A stretch of DNA of 64,000 bases from Mustelus asterias (taxonomy: Eukaryota): positions 1,550,001 to 1,614,000 of the forward strand of contig NW_027590119.1 of assembly GCF_964213995.1 (NCBI RefSeq). The letters run 5' to 3'. Each line of letters starts with the position of its first letter. The stretch's first letter is position 1. Positions 1 to 12,715 of this stretch are shown here, in pieces. Below the pieces are notes generated by a model, which had not been told where the DNA came from, made no database searches, and saw nothing but the letters and a program-made list of their open reading frames with translations. The position numbers and the translations under genes were made by a program.

Positions 1-400
1 ATTCGCTCACATGAGAAATCATCCTCTTTAAATCGATCCTGTCAAAATACCTCAGGAACTGAAAAAGATTTCAATCAAATTGCCTCTTACTCTTTTAAGC
101 TCCAGTAGATACAAGCTCAGGTTATTCAGTCTTTCCTCATAAGACAACCTCCCATTTCTGGTATAGTCTAGTAGACCTTCTCTGAACTGCTTCTAACACA
201 TTTACATTCTTCTTTAAATAAGGAGACAAATACTTTAATCATATTCCAAATCACCAGTGTTCTGTAAAGCAGAAGCATAACATCTCTTTTGTATTCAATT
301 CCCCTCACAATGAACAATAACATTATGTTAACTTTCCCAATTATTTGCAGTACCCTTCTACTAGCCTTTTGTGATTCATGAACCAAGACACTCAGAATCC
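1..400 (-). mobile_element. Degenerate CR1 LINE ORF2 C-terminal fragment
   Basis: ORF 168..437 contains FIVRGIEYKRDVMLLLYRTLV, homologous to the AFI.RGIEY...MLQLYRTLVRPHLEY motif of the intact CR1 copies in this window. Confidence 0.8.
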
Positions 401-404
401 TCTG

Positions 405-600
405 ATGGGGAACTGAATTTTTCTTTACAGTCTCCACATTTACACGGTTTCTCCCTAATGTGACTGTGGATGTGAATGGTGCTGTTTCCTTCCATGTTCA
501 AAATTCTCTGCTGTTAAGGTGACGATAAATTGTGCAGCTCCATCCAATCCTGATATTCTGTGTGAGTATCCTGACCCCAAATCCTCCCATTCTAAGCCAA
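405..600 (-). pseudogene. 5' remnant of a C2H2 ZNF terminal exon, truncated by CR1
   Basis: The reverse strand reads MEGNSTIH...REKPCKCGDCKEKFSSP, homologous to the start of the ZNF gene at 11522..12064. Confidence 0.6.
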
Positions 601-712
601 TTATATTAACACCTATACCAGAGCTGGAGTTATTTTTCAATTCAGCAGAAACAGACCCAAATGAACATGGTTCAGTCTGAATATGATTCACAGCAAAATC
701 CAATCACAATAG

Positions 713-1429
713 TTACTTGTGAATTTGCTGGTGTTTTAGCAGCCTGGATGAAGTAATGTATCCCTTCCCACACTGGGAGCAAGTGAATGGCCTCTCTCCA
801 GTGTGAGTACGCTGGTGATTTAGCAGTGCGCATGAGGTAATGAATCCCTTTCCACACACACAGCAGGTGAATGGCCTCTCCCCAGTGTGAATTCGCTGGT
901 GTTTCAGCAGGATGGCTGGGGTAGTGAATCCCTTCCCACACTGGGAGCAGGTGAATGGCCTCTCCCCAGTGTGAACTCGTTGATGATTTAGCAGCGTGGA
1001 TGACTGAGTGAATCCCTTCCCACACTGAGAGCAGGCGATTGGCCTTTCCTCAGTATGAATTCGCTCGTGTATCGCTAGGTTGGATGACTGATTGAATTCC
1101 TTCCTACACACAGAACATGTGAACGGTCTCTCCCCTGTGTGAATTCGCTGGTGTTTCAGCAGATGGGATGAGGTAGTGAATCCCTTCCCACATTGAGAGC
1201 AGGTGAATGGTCTCTCCCCGGTGTGAATGCGTCGATGAGTTTCCAGGTGGGATGGGTAATCAAATCCCTTCCCACAATCCTCACATTTCCAAGCCACCTC
1301 CCTGTTGTGACTGCAATTATGTTCTGAAAGGCCAGATGATTGGGTGAAGTCTTGTCCCCACACACAGAACACGTGTACAGTTTCTCTCCACTGTGAATGG
1401 TGCTTTTTCCTTCTATATTCAAAATACAA
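713..1429 (-). pseudogene. C2H2 zinc-finger gene A (7 intact fingers); start lost and N-terminus frameshifted, probable pseudogene or dependent on upstream splicing
   Basis: Seven CxxC-x12-HxxxH fingers with TGERPF-type linkers. The listed start is TTG. The paralogous ATG (MEGKSTIH) is ATA at 1414-1416, and the [17 protein letters not shown] leader is out of frame near 1355. Candidate acceptor ttcacag at about 1525. Confidence 0.7.
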
Positions 1430-3139
1430 TGATATTCAGGTTACAATAAATTGGTCAACTCAATCAGGTCTGAGATCACGTTTGATTTCTGTTTACCAAC
1501 TGCAAATCCTCCTCTCCTAAAATGCTGTGAAATTGATTTAAAACAGAAAAAAACTCATTTTCTCCTCATGCAACTGGCAAACATTAGTTTATCTATGGAG
1601 AGAGACACAAAGTTAAAAGGCAAAAGGGATCAAAGGATATGGGGGTTTGGGCTATTATCATAATGAATGGCAGCCCAGACTTAAAGGGCCAAATTGGCTA
1701 CTCCTAAACCTTTTTTACTGTGCTTCTATGGAACTCAATGTCTATGAGGATGGTGGAACAGGAGACAAATGGTTTCAAAATGAGATTGGATCGGCACACA
1801 AAGGAAATGAACATGCTGCATTAATGGAGATATAGAGGGGAATGGGGCTGAGTGGATCGCTCTGCAGAAAGTTGACATGGACTCAAGTTCCTTCTGAAGT
1901 GTAGAGTCTATGACTGGAAATGTATAACATCGCTGCAGTACTAGATTACAAGAATGGAAATAATAAATACATTATTTTACTGAAATATAAATATTAGACC
2001 TGATACGTGCTATAAAACAACACTGGATATATCTCTGTTGTTACATCCCAAGCCAACTGATAACTCTATAATAAACACATTCCCAGACAATTCCAAGGAT
2101 AAAATGAGTGAGGTTTCACTTTTTTAAATGTTTCCTTGTAAAAATCAAAATAAAAGCAACATAAATGAATCAGGCATTGACAGACAAATAGTATTTGAAT
2201 AGATGGGATACTTTTTACTTTCAATAAAACCAGTCTCCACAAAATCACCAGCAATTTCTCCCTTAGAATTCATGGCATTCATTCAATTTACCACAACTCT
2301 CTGTATTTCCCAGAGAGAGAAAAAACACAGGAGAATGGCACTCAGTTATAATGCTCATTTGGAGAGTCGGGTACAGATATGATGTTCTAAATGGCCCATA
2401 TATATTTTATATATTTGCATATTTAATGGATAATAAATATGTGTAATATACAGCACTCTGTTATGTGATTGGCGAGATAGGGATCAGTGAGGAAGAACTT
2501 TTTTTAGGCCCTGGAACTTGCTGCTGATGAGAGTGGAAATGATCAGTGATTTCAAAATGAAATTTGATGGACACTTAAAGGAAATAAACTTTCAGGGAAA
2601 TGGGGATATTGAGGGGTATGGAATTGACTGACTTTCTGCACAGACAGTTGGTATGGACTTGAGTTGCCAAATAGATTCATTTTGTGCCACAGTGACTCTG
2701 TGGCTTGAAATATAAAACATAGCAACGCTGCTATATATTTCAAGACAAGAAATAATTATAACGAACTTCAGAGAATCATAAATGATTTTGTATGTGCCAT
2801 ATGACCACACTATCTCTGTCCTCAGTTGATTTACTCTTCCTTTAAACGTCATCCATCTCTTGGGAAAACGTTTTAATTGTGAGCATTAGGTCGGAGGCCA
2901 TCCTATTAACCAGACAAATAAATGTGTCAAACTGAGAGAGCTAAAGGATGTCTTTGAGAGAAAAAGGAAAAGATACCTGGACCTTGTCCTGCTCCTAATT
3001 CCGATGTTCGTCTGCTTCCTTTCCAGAGTCTGCAGCCTCCCTGGATTCACTTCCTTTCACTTCAGTTGCTGCAAGTCCCTAATTTCCCCCAGAACGAGAA
3101 AAGAAATGGAAAGGGGGAAACATTGATTTCCTCCCAGAT

Positions 3140-3480
3140 GTGGCCCAGAGGAGGAAGTTTCACTCTGAAGCTCATTGGATAACTTCAGCACTGTGACGTC
3201 ACAAAGGAGCCCCGCCTGAATCAGCCAATAGGAATCAGTCTGCTTCGCGGTGCCGTCATGGTTTTCCAGTGCGCAGGCCCGGCCCGCAAACGCGGGCCCC
3301 GCTCCCGCCCATTGTTCCCCTCCCCCTGCACCTCCTCGAGCCAAGGTTTCCAGGCAACCGGCTGGCGGCTCCGGCCAGAGCGAGAAGCCGCTCGGTGATC
3401 TCCCCCTCCCCCCTCTCTCTACGGCGGCTGCTGCTCCAAAAAGAGACCCGAGAGCGACCGCTGACTGCAGCCGCACTGCG
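3140..3480. promoter_or_regulatory. CpG-rich promoter region (type 1) upstream of ZNF A
   Basis: CpG-dense island in CpG-poor DNA; CRE TGACGTCA at 3194-3201, CCAAT at 3225-3229, ETS-like GGAAGT at about 3153; paralogous to 63230-63530. Confidence 0.65.
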
Positions 3481-3675
3481 CCTGCTCCAGACAGCTCGGC
3501 TCAGCAGCGCTCTCTGCGCCTGCTCCGGACAGCTCGGCTCAGCAGCGCTCTCTGCGCCTGCTCCGGACAGCTCGGCTCAGCAGCGCTCTCTGCGCCTGCT
3601 CCGGACAGCTCGGCTCAGCAGCGCTCTCTGCGCCTGCTCCGGACAGCTCGGCTCAGCAGCGCTCTCTGCGCCTGC
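3476..3675. repeat. 38-bp GC-rich minisatellite, about 5.3 copies (CTGCGCCTGCTCCGGACAGCTCGGCTCAGCAGCGCTCT)
   Basis: Units start at 3476, 3514, 3552, 3590 and 3628, with a partial unit at 3666; units are near-identical. Confidence 0.95.
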
Positions 3676-3819
3676 GTGCTGGGCTGCCAGCTGAGGGACT
3701 GGGGGAGGGGTCTTTGTAAAATCTCTTCCCATCATTTTCTTCCAAGTCCCGCAGTTTGATTTGAAACAGAACAGCTTCTGTTTCAGACTCAAACGTCCTT
3801 CTCTGGCCAACATGTGTGA

Positions 3820-4020
3820 GTAAAACCTTGGTTAGGTGCATTTTAGGTATTGCATGCAGTTGTGTCACCACACCACCAGAAAGACATGGAAGCTTTGGAG
3901 AGAGTGCAGAGAAGGTTCACCCGGATGTTGCCCTGGTCTCGAGGTGTGGACCATGAGGAGAGATTGAATAAACTAGTCTTGTTTTCACTGGAAAGATGTA
4001 GGATGAGGGGAGATCTGATA
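3820..4020 (+). mobile_element. CR1 LINE ORF2 3' fragment
   Basis: SPHHQKDMEALERVQRRFTRMLP...FSLERCRMRGDLI in ORF 3850..4053. Confidence 0.8.
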
Positions 4021-4656
4021 GTCCAAATGCAGCCTAACCAAGGTTTTATATAGCTGCAACATGATTTCCCAACTTTTGTACTCAATGCCCCGGCTGATGA
4101 AGGCAAGCATGACTTCTGCTTTTTTAATCACTTTGGCCATCTGTGTTGCCAATTTTAGGGAACTGTGAACCTGCATGCCTAGATCCCTTTGGATCTTAAT
4201 GTTCCTAAGGGTTCTACTATTTACAATATAATTCACATCTACATTTGATCCTCCAAAATGCGTCACCTCGTATTCGTATGGATGAAACTCCATCTGCCAT
4301 TTCTGTGCCCAAGTCTCCAATTTATCTAAATTCTGTTGTATCCTCTGACAATCCCTGGTACTATCAGCAACTCCAACAGTCTTTGTGTCATCCGCAAATT
4401 TACTAATCCCCCACATTTTCCTCCAGATCATTTATATATACTACTAACAGAGGTCCCAGTACTGATCCCTGCGGAACACCACTAACTATGGATGAAAAAC
4501 ACCCTTGCACTGCTACTTTCTGTCTCTTAAAGCAAAGTCAGTTCTGTATCCATCTAGCCAGCCCACCCTGAATCACATGTGATTTTTAGTTTATGTACCA
4601 GTCTGCCATGTGGGATCTTGTCAAACACCTTAGTAAACTACGTCCACAGCCCTTTC
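4021..4656 (-). mobile_element. Older CR1 LINE, RT portion (3' half of a host element split by the 4657..8854 insertion)
   Basis: ISKFADDTK and WQMEF motifs in ORF 3985..4431; the sequence resumes at 8855. Confidence 0.85.
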
Positions 4657-7600
4657 ATTGACAGGAGCTATCGGCAGGTGGTCACACCGGGACCACGGGA
4701 GGAGGGTAACTGGGTAACAGTGAGGAAGGAGAAAGCTCGGTTGATGGTGAGCACCCCGGTGGATGTGCCCCTTAATAATAAGTACTCCTGTCTGAGTACT
4801 ACTGGGGTGGACAGCCCACCTGGGGGAAGCAGCGGTGGCAGTGTCTCTGGAGCTGAGCCTGGCCCAGTAGTGCAAAAGGGTAAGGAAAGGAGGGTAGTGC
4901 TAATTGGGGACTCTACGGTGAGGGGGTCAGATAGGCGTTTTTGCAGACACAGACGGGACTCTCGGATGGTGGTTTGCCTCCCTGGTGCAGGGGTCCGGGA
5001 TGTCTCTGGTCGAGTCCCAGAAATCCTGAAGGGGGAGGGAGAGGAGCCGAAGGTCGTGATGCATATAGGTACTGCTGACATAGGTAGGAAGAGGGAAGGG
5101 GTCATGAAAAGAGAATATAGGGAGTAAGGTAGACAGCTGAGAAAGAGGAATGCAAAGGTAGTAATCTCGGGATTGCTGCCTGTGCCGCGGGAGAGTGAGA
5201 ACAGGAATTGGTGGAGAATGAATGCGTGGCTGAGGGACTGGAGCAAGGGACAAGGATTTGGGTACTTGGATCATTGGGACCTCTTTAGGGGCAGGTGTGA
5301 CCTGTTTAAAAAAGACGGGTGGCACTTGAATCCCAGGGGGACCAATATCCTGGCGGGAAGGTTGGCTAAGGCTACTGGAGAGACTTTAAACTAGAAAGGT
5401 TGGGGGGAGGGAATCGAAATGAGGGGACTGAGAGCGAGGAGGTTAGCTCGCAAATAGATAAGGAATGTAAACAGGGTAAGAGGGAGGTTAGACGAGTGAT
5501 GGAGAAGGGAAGTGCTCAGGCTGAAGGTCTGAGATGTGTCTATTTTAATGCCAGGAGTGTAGTGAATAAAGTGGATGAGCTTAGAGCGTGGATTGCTGCT
5601 TCAAATTGTGATGTGGTGGCCATTACGGAGACTTGGATGTCTCAGGGACAGGACTGGGTGCTTCAGGTGCCGGGTTTTAGATGTTTCAGGAAGGACAGGG
5701 AGGGAGGCAAGAGAGGGGGGGGAGTGGCACTGTTGATCAGGGATAGTGTCACGGCTGTAGAGAAGGTGGACGCCGTGGAGGGATTGACTACGGAGTCTCT
5801 GTGGGTGGAGGTTAGGAACAGGAAGGGGTCGGTAACGTTGCTGGGTGTTTTCTATAGGCCGCCCAATAGTAACAGAGATGTTGAGGAGCAGATGGGGAAA
5901 CAGATCCTGGAGAGATGTAGGAATAACAGAGTTGTCGTGATGGGAGATTTTAATTTCCCAAACATAGATTGGAATATCCCTAGGGCTAGGGGTTTGGATG
6001 GAGAGGAGTTTGTTAGGTGTGTCCAGGAGAGTTTCTTGACACAGTATGTGGATAAGCCTACTAGAGGAGAGGCTGTACTTGATCTGGTGCTGGCTAATGA
6101 ACCTGGACAGGTGGAGGATCTCTCGGTGGGTGAGCATCTTGGGGATAGCGATCATAATTCTATCTCCTTCACGATAACATTGGAAAGAGATAGGATCAGG
6201 CAGGCTAGGAAAGTGTTTCTCTGGAGTAAAGGGAAATACAGTGTCATCAGGGAGGAAATTAGACGGGTAAATTGGAAGGAGGCATTCTTGGGGAAAAGTA
6301 CCGAAGGAAAGTGGAGGATTTTCAAGGAATGTTTGTCTGGAGCTCTGCATGACAACGTTCCGATGAGACAGGGGGGTGTTGGTAGGGTACGGGAACCGTG
6401 GTGCACAAAGGTTGTGATGAACCTGGTGAATAAGAAAAGAGAGGCGTACAGAAGGTTCAGAGAGCTAGGAGGTGTTAAGGATTTAGAGGAGTATACGGGA
6501 TGTAGGAAGGAGCTTAAGAAGGAAATTAGGAGAGCGAGAAGGGGTATTGAGAAGGCCTTGGCGGGTAAGATTAAGGAGAATCCCAAGGCTTTCTACAAAT
6601 ATGTCAAGAGTAAAAGGATGAGATGTGAAGGCATAGGACCCTTAAAAGGTGAAGGGGGAAAAGTTTGTGCGGAACCGTAAGAAATGGCGGAGCTGCTTAA
6701 TGAATACTTTACCTCGGTATTCACGGTGGAAAGGGATCTGGGTGGTTTTACTGCTGGTTTGCGGTGGACAGAAAGGATCGAGCATGTGGACATAAAGAAA
6801 GAGGATGTGTTGGAACTATTGAATGGCATCAAGGTTGGTAAGTCGCCGGGACCGGATGGGATGTACCCCAGGTTACTGTGGGAGGCGAGGGAGGAGATTG
6901 CGGAGCCTTTGGCGATGATCTTTGCATCGTCGATGGAGACGGGAGAGGTTCCGGAGGATTGGAGGATTGCAGATGTGGTCCCTATATTCAAGAAAGGGAA
7001 CAGGGACAGCCCGGGAAATTACCGACCGGTGAGTCTAACCTCAGTGGTTGGTAAGTTGATGGAGAGGATCCTGAGAGACAGGATTTATGATCATCTAGAG
7101 AAGTTTAGTATGATCAAAAGTAGTCAGCACGGCTTTGTCAAGGGCAGGTTGTGCCTTACGAGCCTGGTTGAGTTCTTTGAAAATGTGACCAAACACATTG
7201 ACGAAGGAAGAGCGGTGGATGTGGTCTATATGGACTTCAGCAAGGCGTTCGATAAGGTCCCCCATGCAAGACTTCTTGAGAAAGTGAGAGGGCATGGGAT
7301 CCAAGGGGCTGTTGCCTTGTGGATCCAGAACTGGCTTGCCTGCAGAAGGCAGAGAGTGGCTGTGGAGGGGTCTTTCTCTGCATGGAGGTCAGTGACCAGT
7401 GGAGTGCCCCAGGGATCTGTTCTGGGACCCTTGCTGTTTGTCATTTTCATAAATGACCTGGATGAGGAAGTGGAGGGATGGGTTGGTAAGTTTGCTGACG
7501 ACACCAAGGTAGGTGGTGTTGTGGATAGTTTGGAGGGATGTCAGAAGTTGCAGCGAGACATAGATAGAATGCAAGACTGGGCGGAGAAGTGGCAGATGGA

Positions 7601-8854
7601 CTTCAACCCGGATAAGTGTGTGGTGATCCATTTTGGCAGATCCAATGGGATGAAGCAGCAGTATAATATGAAGGGTACCATTCTTGGCAGTGTACAGGAT
7701 CAGAAGGACCTTGGGGTCCGGGTCCATAGGACTCTTAAATCGGCCTCGCAGGTGGAGGATGCGGTCAAGAAGGCGTACGGCGTACTGGCCTTCATTAATC
7801 GAGGGATTGAGTTTAGGAGTCGGGAGATAATGCTGCAGCTTTATAGGACCCTGGTTAGACCCCACTTGGAGTACTGCGCGCAGTTCTGGTCACCTCATTA
7901 CAGGAAAGATGTTGAAGCCATTGAAAGAACATAAGAACATAAGAACATAAGAAATAGGAGCAGGAGTAGGCCATCTAGCCCCTCGAGCCTGCCCCGCCAT
8001 TCAATAAGATCATGGCTGATCTGACGTGGATCAGTACCACTTACCCGCCTGATCCCCATAACCCTTAATTCCCTTACTGATCAGGAATCCATCCATCCGC
8101 GCTTTAAACATATTCAGCGAGGTAGCCTCCACCACCTCAGTGGGCAGAGAATTCCAGAGATTCACCACCCTCTGGGAGAAGAAGTTCCTCCTCAACTCTG
8201 TCTTAAACCGACCCCCCTTTATTTTGAGGCTGTGTCCTCTAGTTTTAACTTCCTTACTAAGTGGAAAGAATCTCTCCGCCTCCACCCTATCCAGCCCCCG
8301 CATTATCTTATAAGTCTCCATAAGATCCCCCCTCATCCTTCTAAACTCCAACGAGTACAAACCCAATCTCCTCAGCCTCTCCTCATAATCCAGGTGCAGA
8401 GGAGATTTACAAGGATGTTGCCTGGATTGGGGGGTATGCCTTATGAGGATAGGTTGAGGGAGCTTGGTCTCTTCTCCCTGGAGAGACGAAGGATGAGAGG
8501 TGACCTGATAGAGGTTTACAAGATGTTGAGAGGTCTGGATCGGGTAGACTCTCAGAGGCTATTTCCAAGGGCTGAAATGGTTGCTACGAGAGGACACAGG
8601 TTTAAGGTGCTGGGGGGTAGGTACAGAGGAGATGTCAGGGGTAAGTTTTTCACTCAGAGGGTGGTGGGTGAGTGGAATCGGCTGACGTCGGTGGTGGTGG
8701 AGGCAAACTCGTTGGGGTCTTTTAAGAGACTTCTGGATGAGTACATGGGATTTAATGGGATTGAGGGCTATAGATAGGCCTAGAGGTGGGGATGTGATCG
8801 GCGCAACTTGTGGGCCGAAGGGCCTGTTTGTGCTGTGGCTTTCTATGTTCTATG
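4657..8854 (+). mobile_element. Young, near-full-length CR1 LINE (family A): ORF1 with SGNH esterase domain, ORF2 with APE endonuclease and RT
   Basis: ORF1 LIGDS...HIGTAD...DGWHLN (stop at 5125-5127); ORF2 endonuclease YFNARS, ITETW, MGDFN, DSDH; RT KSPGPDG, NYRPVSLTS, DFSKAFDKV, GVPQGSVLGP, FADDT; 3' stem-loop GGCCGAAGGGCC and (TTCTATG)n tail; possible TTTC target duplication at 4653-4656 and 8855-8858. Confidence 0.95.
7928..8392 (-). mobile_element. 5'-truncated CR1 (family C) inserted antisense within element A
   Basis: (CTTATGTT)n tail; differs from 17893..18341 by about four substitutions by eye; the host ORF2 is interrupted in AIER/VQRR. Confidence 0.95.
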
Positions 8855-10065
8855 TTTCCTCATCAATTATCTTTGTCACATCTTCAAAAAACTTAATCAA
8901 GTTAGTGAGACAAAACCCTGCTGCTGAGACGAACTCATCCATTTTCTTCCAAATGTGCATATATCCTGTCTCTCAGTATCTTCTCCAAAAGCCTCCCCAC
9001 CACTGACATCAAGATCACCGGCCTATAAGTCCTGGATTATCCCTGCTTCCTTTCTCAAACAAGGGAACAACATTGGCTATTCTCCAGTCCTCTGGAACCT
9101 CACCTGTGGTCAAAGAGGACGTGAAGATATCTGTTAAAACCCCAGCTATTTCTTCCCTTGTCTCCTGCAGCAACCTGGGATAGATCCCACCTGGCCCTGG
9201 GGACTTGTCTACCTTAACGCAATTTAGGATACCTAACAATTCTTCCTTCAATATATTTACATTCTCTAGAGCGTTCACACACCTATCCCTGACCTCAACA
9301 TCCGTTATGTCCTTCTCCTTGATCAATACCGATACAAAGTACTCAGTAAGGTTCTCACCCACTTTCTATGGCTCCACGGAAAACTTCCCTCCATTGTCCT
9401 TGAGTGGGCCTACTCTTTCTCTTGCTACCCTCTTGCTCCTATATGCGCATAAAAAGCCTTGGGGTTCTCCTTGACCCTGTTTACTAAAGACATTTCATGG
9501 CCCCTTTTAGCCCTCCGAATCCCATGTTCAAGTTCCTTCCTACTTTCAATGTGCTCCTCAAGCGCTTCATTCATTTTTAGACTAGGCCGATCATATGCTT
9601 CCTTTTTCCTTTTGACTGAACTTACAATTTTCCTTGTCATCCATGGTTCCTGAATCCTGCCATTTCTGTCCTTCATTTTTTGCGAGAACATGCCTGTCCT
9701 GCACTTCAATCAACTGGCCTTTAAAAGCCTCCCACCTGCCAGACATGGATTTACCTTCAAATAGCTGCTCCCAATCCACATTCCCCAGTTCCTGTCTAAT
9801 TTGGATGTAATTGGCCCGTGCCTAATTAAGCAGCCTCACCCGAGGGCCACTCTTGTTCTTATCCACGACTATCTGAAATCTTATGGAATTATGGTTGCTA
9901 AACCCAAAATGCTCCCCCACTGAAACATTGATCACCTGGCCCAGCTCATTCCCCAATACCAAGTCTAGTATAGCCCCCTCCGGGTTCGATTGTCAACATA
10001 CTGTACCAAAAAGCCCTCCAGGACACATCTAACAAATTGTTCTCCATCCGAGCCCTTGGCTGTCA
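8855..10065 (-). mobile_element. Older CR1 LINE, endonuclease/linker portion (5' half of the split host)
   Basis: KSPGPGGIYPRLL, EVPEDWRIANVVPLF and KENPKAFY in ORFs 9015..9362 and 9425..9709; continuous with 4656. Confidence 0.85.
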
Positions 10066-10717
10066 GGGAATTTTTATAGATATTTAATAAGAAAAGAGTT
10101 AACAGAGTGAGCATTGGTCCCATAGAAAGTGATCTGGAGAATTAGTTGTGGAAAGTAGGGCTATGGTGGATGAACTAAACAGATATTTTGCACCTGTCTT
10201 TGCTATAGACAGCACAAGTAACCTCCCAGAGATAGTTGTAAATCAGGAAATGGAAGAGATGGTGCAAATCAGGAAAATTACGAACAGTGGTATTGAGCAC
10301 ATTGTTGGGTGTGTGCGCTGACAGATTCTCTGGTTCGAATGGACTTCCCTCTAAGGTCTTGAAAGAAGAGGCTACTGAGATAATTGATGCAGTCATTTTA
10401 ATTTTACAAAATTTCAGCGATTCAGGGAAAAATGGCAAATGTTTTATTATTCAAAAAGGAAGAGAGAAAGTGGGAAAGTTCAGGCCAGTTAGCCGAACAT
10501 TTGTCACAGGGAAAATGTTAAAAGCCATTCTCTTCCTCTTCAGTGGAAGCAGAGTCTTTGAATATTTTTAAGACAAAGCTAGATAGATTCCTGATTAACA
10601 AGAGGATGAAAGGTTATGGGATGTAGACAGGAATGTAGAGCTGAGGTTACAATCAGATCAGCCATGAGCTTACTGAATAGTGGAGCAGGCTCGAGGGGCT
10701 GAATGACCTACTTCTGC
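10066..10717 (+). mobile_element. Old, internally deleted CR1; its last ~22 bp continue at 11520..11541
   Basis: Degenerate KVLKE..EIIDA and FRPVS motifs followed by a CR1 3' UTR; gacctacttctgc joins tcctaatttttatgttcgtatg across the 10718..11519 insert. Confidence 0.7.
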
Positions 10718-11519
10718 AGATGGAGTTTAATCCGGATAAATGCGAAGTGATGCATTTTGGAAGAAATAATGTAGGGAGGAGTTATACAATATTATACAAT
10801 AAATGGCAGAGTCATCAGGAGTATAGAAACACAGAGGGACCTAGGTGTGCAAGTCCACAAATCCTTGAAGGTGGCAACACAGGTGGAGAAGGTGGTGAAG
10901 AAGGCATATGGTATGCTTGCCTTTATAGGACGGGGTATAGAGTATAAAAGCTGGAGTCTGATGATGCAGCTGTATAGAACGCTGGTTAGGCCACATTTGG
11001 AGTACTGCGTCCAGTTCTGGTCGCCGCACTACCAGAAGGATGTGGAGGCGTTAGAGAGAGTGCAGAGAAGGTTTACCAGGATGTTGCCTGGTATGGAGGG
11101 TCTTAGCGATGAGGAGAGATTGGGGAAACTGGGGTTGTTCTCCTTGGAAAGACGGAGAATGAGGGGAGATCTAATAGAGGTGTACAAGATTATGAAGGGT
11201 ATAGATAGGGTGAACAGTGGGAAGCTTTTTCCCAGGTCGGAGGTGACGATCACGAGGGGTCACGGGCTCAAGCTGAGAGGGGTGAAGTATAACTCAGATA
11301 TCAGAGGGACGTTTTTTACACAGAGGGTGGTGGGGGCTGGAATGCGCTGCCAAGTAGGGTGGTGGAGGCAGGCACGCTGACATCGTTTAAGACTTACCTG
11401 GATAGTCACATGAGCAGCCTGGGAATGGAGGGATACAAACGATTGGTCTAGTTGGACCAAGGAGCGGCACAGGCTTGGAGGGCCGAAGGGCCTGTTTCCT
11501 GTGCTGTACTGTTCTTTGT
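10718..11519 (+). mobile_element. 5'-truncated CR1 (B-like family) nested in the 3' UTR of an older CR1
   Basis: MEFNPDKCEVMHFG and RPHLEYCVQFWSP motifs, GGCCGAAGGGCC stem-loop, (TTCTTTG) tail. Confidence 0.9.
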
Positions 11520-11521
11520 TC

Positions 11522-12064
11522 CTAATTTTTATGTTCGTATGCTCGCTGGTGTTTCAGCAGGTGGGATGACTGAGTGAATCTCTTCCCACACTCAGAGCAG
11601 GTGAACGGCCTCTCCCCAGTGTGAGTGCGCTGGTGTACAGTGAGATGAGATGATTGTTTGAACCGAGTCCCACATTGAGAGCACCTGAATGGTCTCTCAT
11701 CAGTGTGAACACGTTGATGGTACATTAATTCCTGACAATTTTTATAACACTTCCCACAGTCCAGACATTTAAAAGGTCTGTCCTCACTGTGAACACTTTG
11801 GTGTGTCATCAGGTTAGATGAATTAATGAATCCCTTCCCACACACACAGCAGGTGAATGGCCTCTGCCCTGTGTGACCACGCTGATGAATTTCCAGCTGT
11901 GATGGGTAATTGAATCTCTTTCCACAGTCACCACATTTCCACGGCTTCTCCCTGTTGTGACTGCATTTGTGTCTTGACAGGCCGGATGATTGGCTGAAGT
12001 CTTGCGCACACACAGAACATGTGTATGGTTTCTCCCCACTGTGAATGGTGCTTTTTCCTTCCAT
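11522..12064 (-). CDS. C2H2 zinc-finger gene B (5 intact fingers; 6th truncated by a CR1 tail)
   Basis: ATG at 12064 ([16 protein letters not shown]); fingers with TGERPF-type linkers; ends HQRAYEHKN*. Confidence 0.75.
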   Translation of the reverse strand: MEGKSTIHSGEKPYTCSVCAQDFSQSSGLSRHKCSHNREKPWKCGDCGKRFNYPSQLEIHQRGHTGQRPFTCCVCGKGFINSSNLMTHQSVHSEDRPFKCLDCGKCYKNCQELMYHQRVHTDERPFRCSQCGTRFKQSSHLTVHQRTHTGERPFTCSECGKRFTQSSHLLKHQRAYEHKN

Positions 12065-12419
12065 GTTCAAAATCCAATGATGTTCCGGTTACGATAAATT
12101 GGCTGATCCATCAGATCCTGACCTGATGTTTGGTTTGAGCTTTCTGATTGCAAATTCACCCCTTCTGAAACAGAAAAAGTGAGAGTGAAGCCACAAAAAC
12201 AGAAAAGTAGGTTGTGAAATGGAGCTGAATGAATCTGTTAATTTATGGGGCCGGCACCAGGAAAGAGTGACCATGAAAACTGCTGATTGTCATAAATTTA
12301 ACAATTGGTTCATTATATCCTTCAGGAAAGGGAACCTGCCAATCAGTCTGGACCGATACACGATCCAGTATCTATGGAAGGGAATGAGAGGGAGAGGGAG
12401 GTTAGAAGAAGCAGAGGAT

Positions 12420-12715
12420 GAAGAAGAGGGATTTTTCTGTATTTGCAGCTTGATCAGAACTCTGACAGAATCACCTAAACCCTCAACCTCCACCACCGAC
12501 AACGGCCAGAGTATTCAGCATATGTTAAGACCTTTACCTCTAAGTTTCCCTCCAACTCACACATCGTCCTGACTTGTCTGACATCAGAACTGGAACATCA
12601 GAAATTTTCTCTTATTTAAATATTGAGAAGACTGAAGCCATACTTTCCAGTTCCCACTCCAAACTTCATTCCCTAACTACTGACACCGTCACTCTCTCTG
12701 CCAACTGTGTGAACT
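12420..12715 (+). mobile_element. Old L2-type LINE RT fragment (resumes at about 13012)
   Basis: LSDI...FSYLNIEKTEAIL resembles the L2 LQLN..KTE motif; related sequence at 60900-61390. Confidence 0.5.

Noticed and set aside
3476-3675. Regular 38-bp repeats as a CRISPR-like array
   Set aside because: The repeats are head-to-tail with no spacers, in a eukaryotic context; this is a minisatellite.
3057-3871. Overlapping Pro/Ala/Arg-rich ORFs (also 29409-29945, 37547-38177, 63249-63664)
   Set aside because: They are by-products of GC-rich promoter islands and the minisatellite, with no domain signal.
5601-7865. Antisense ORFs over CR1 ORF2
   Set aside because: Shadow ORFs of LINE coding sequence with no independent motifs.
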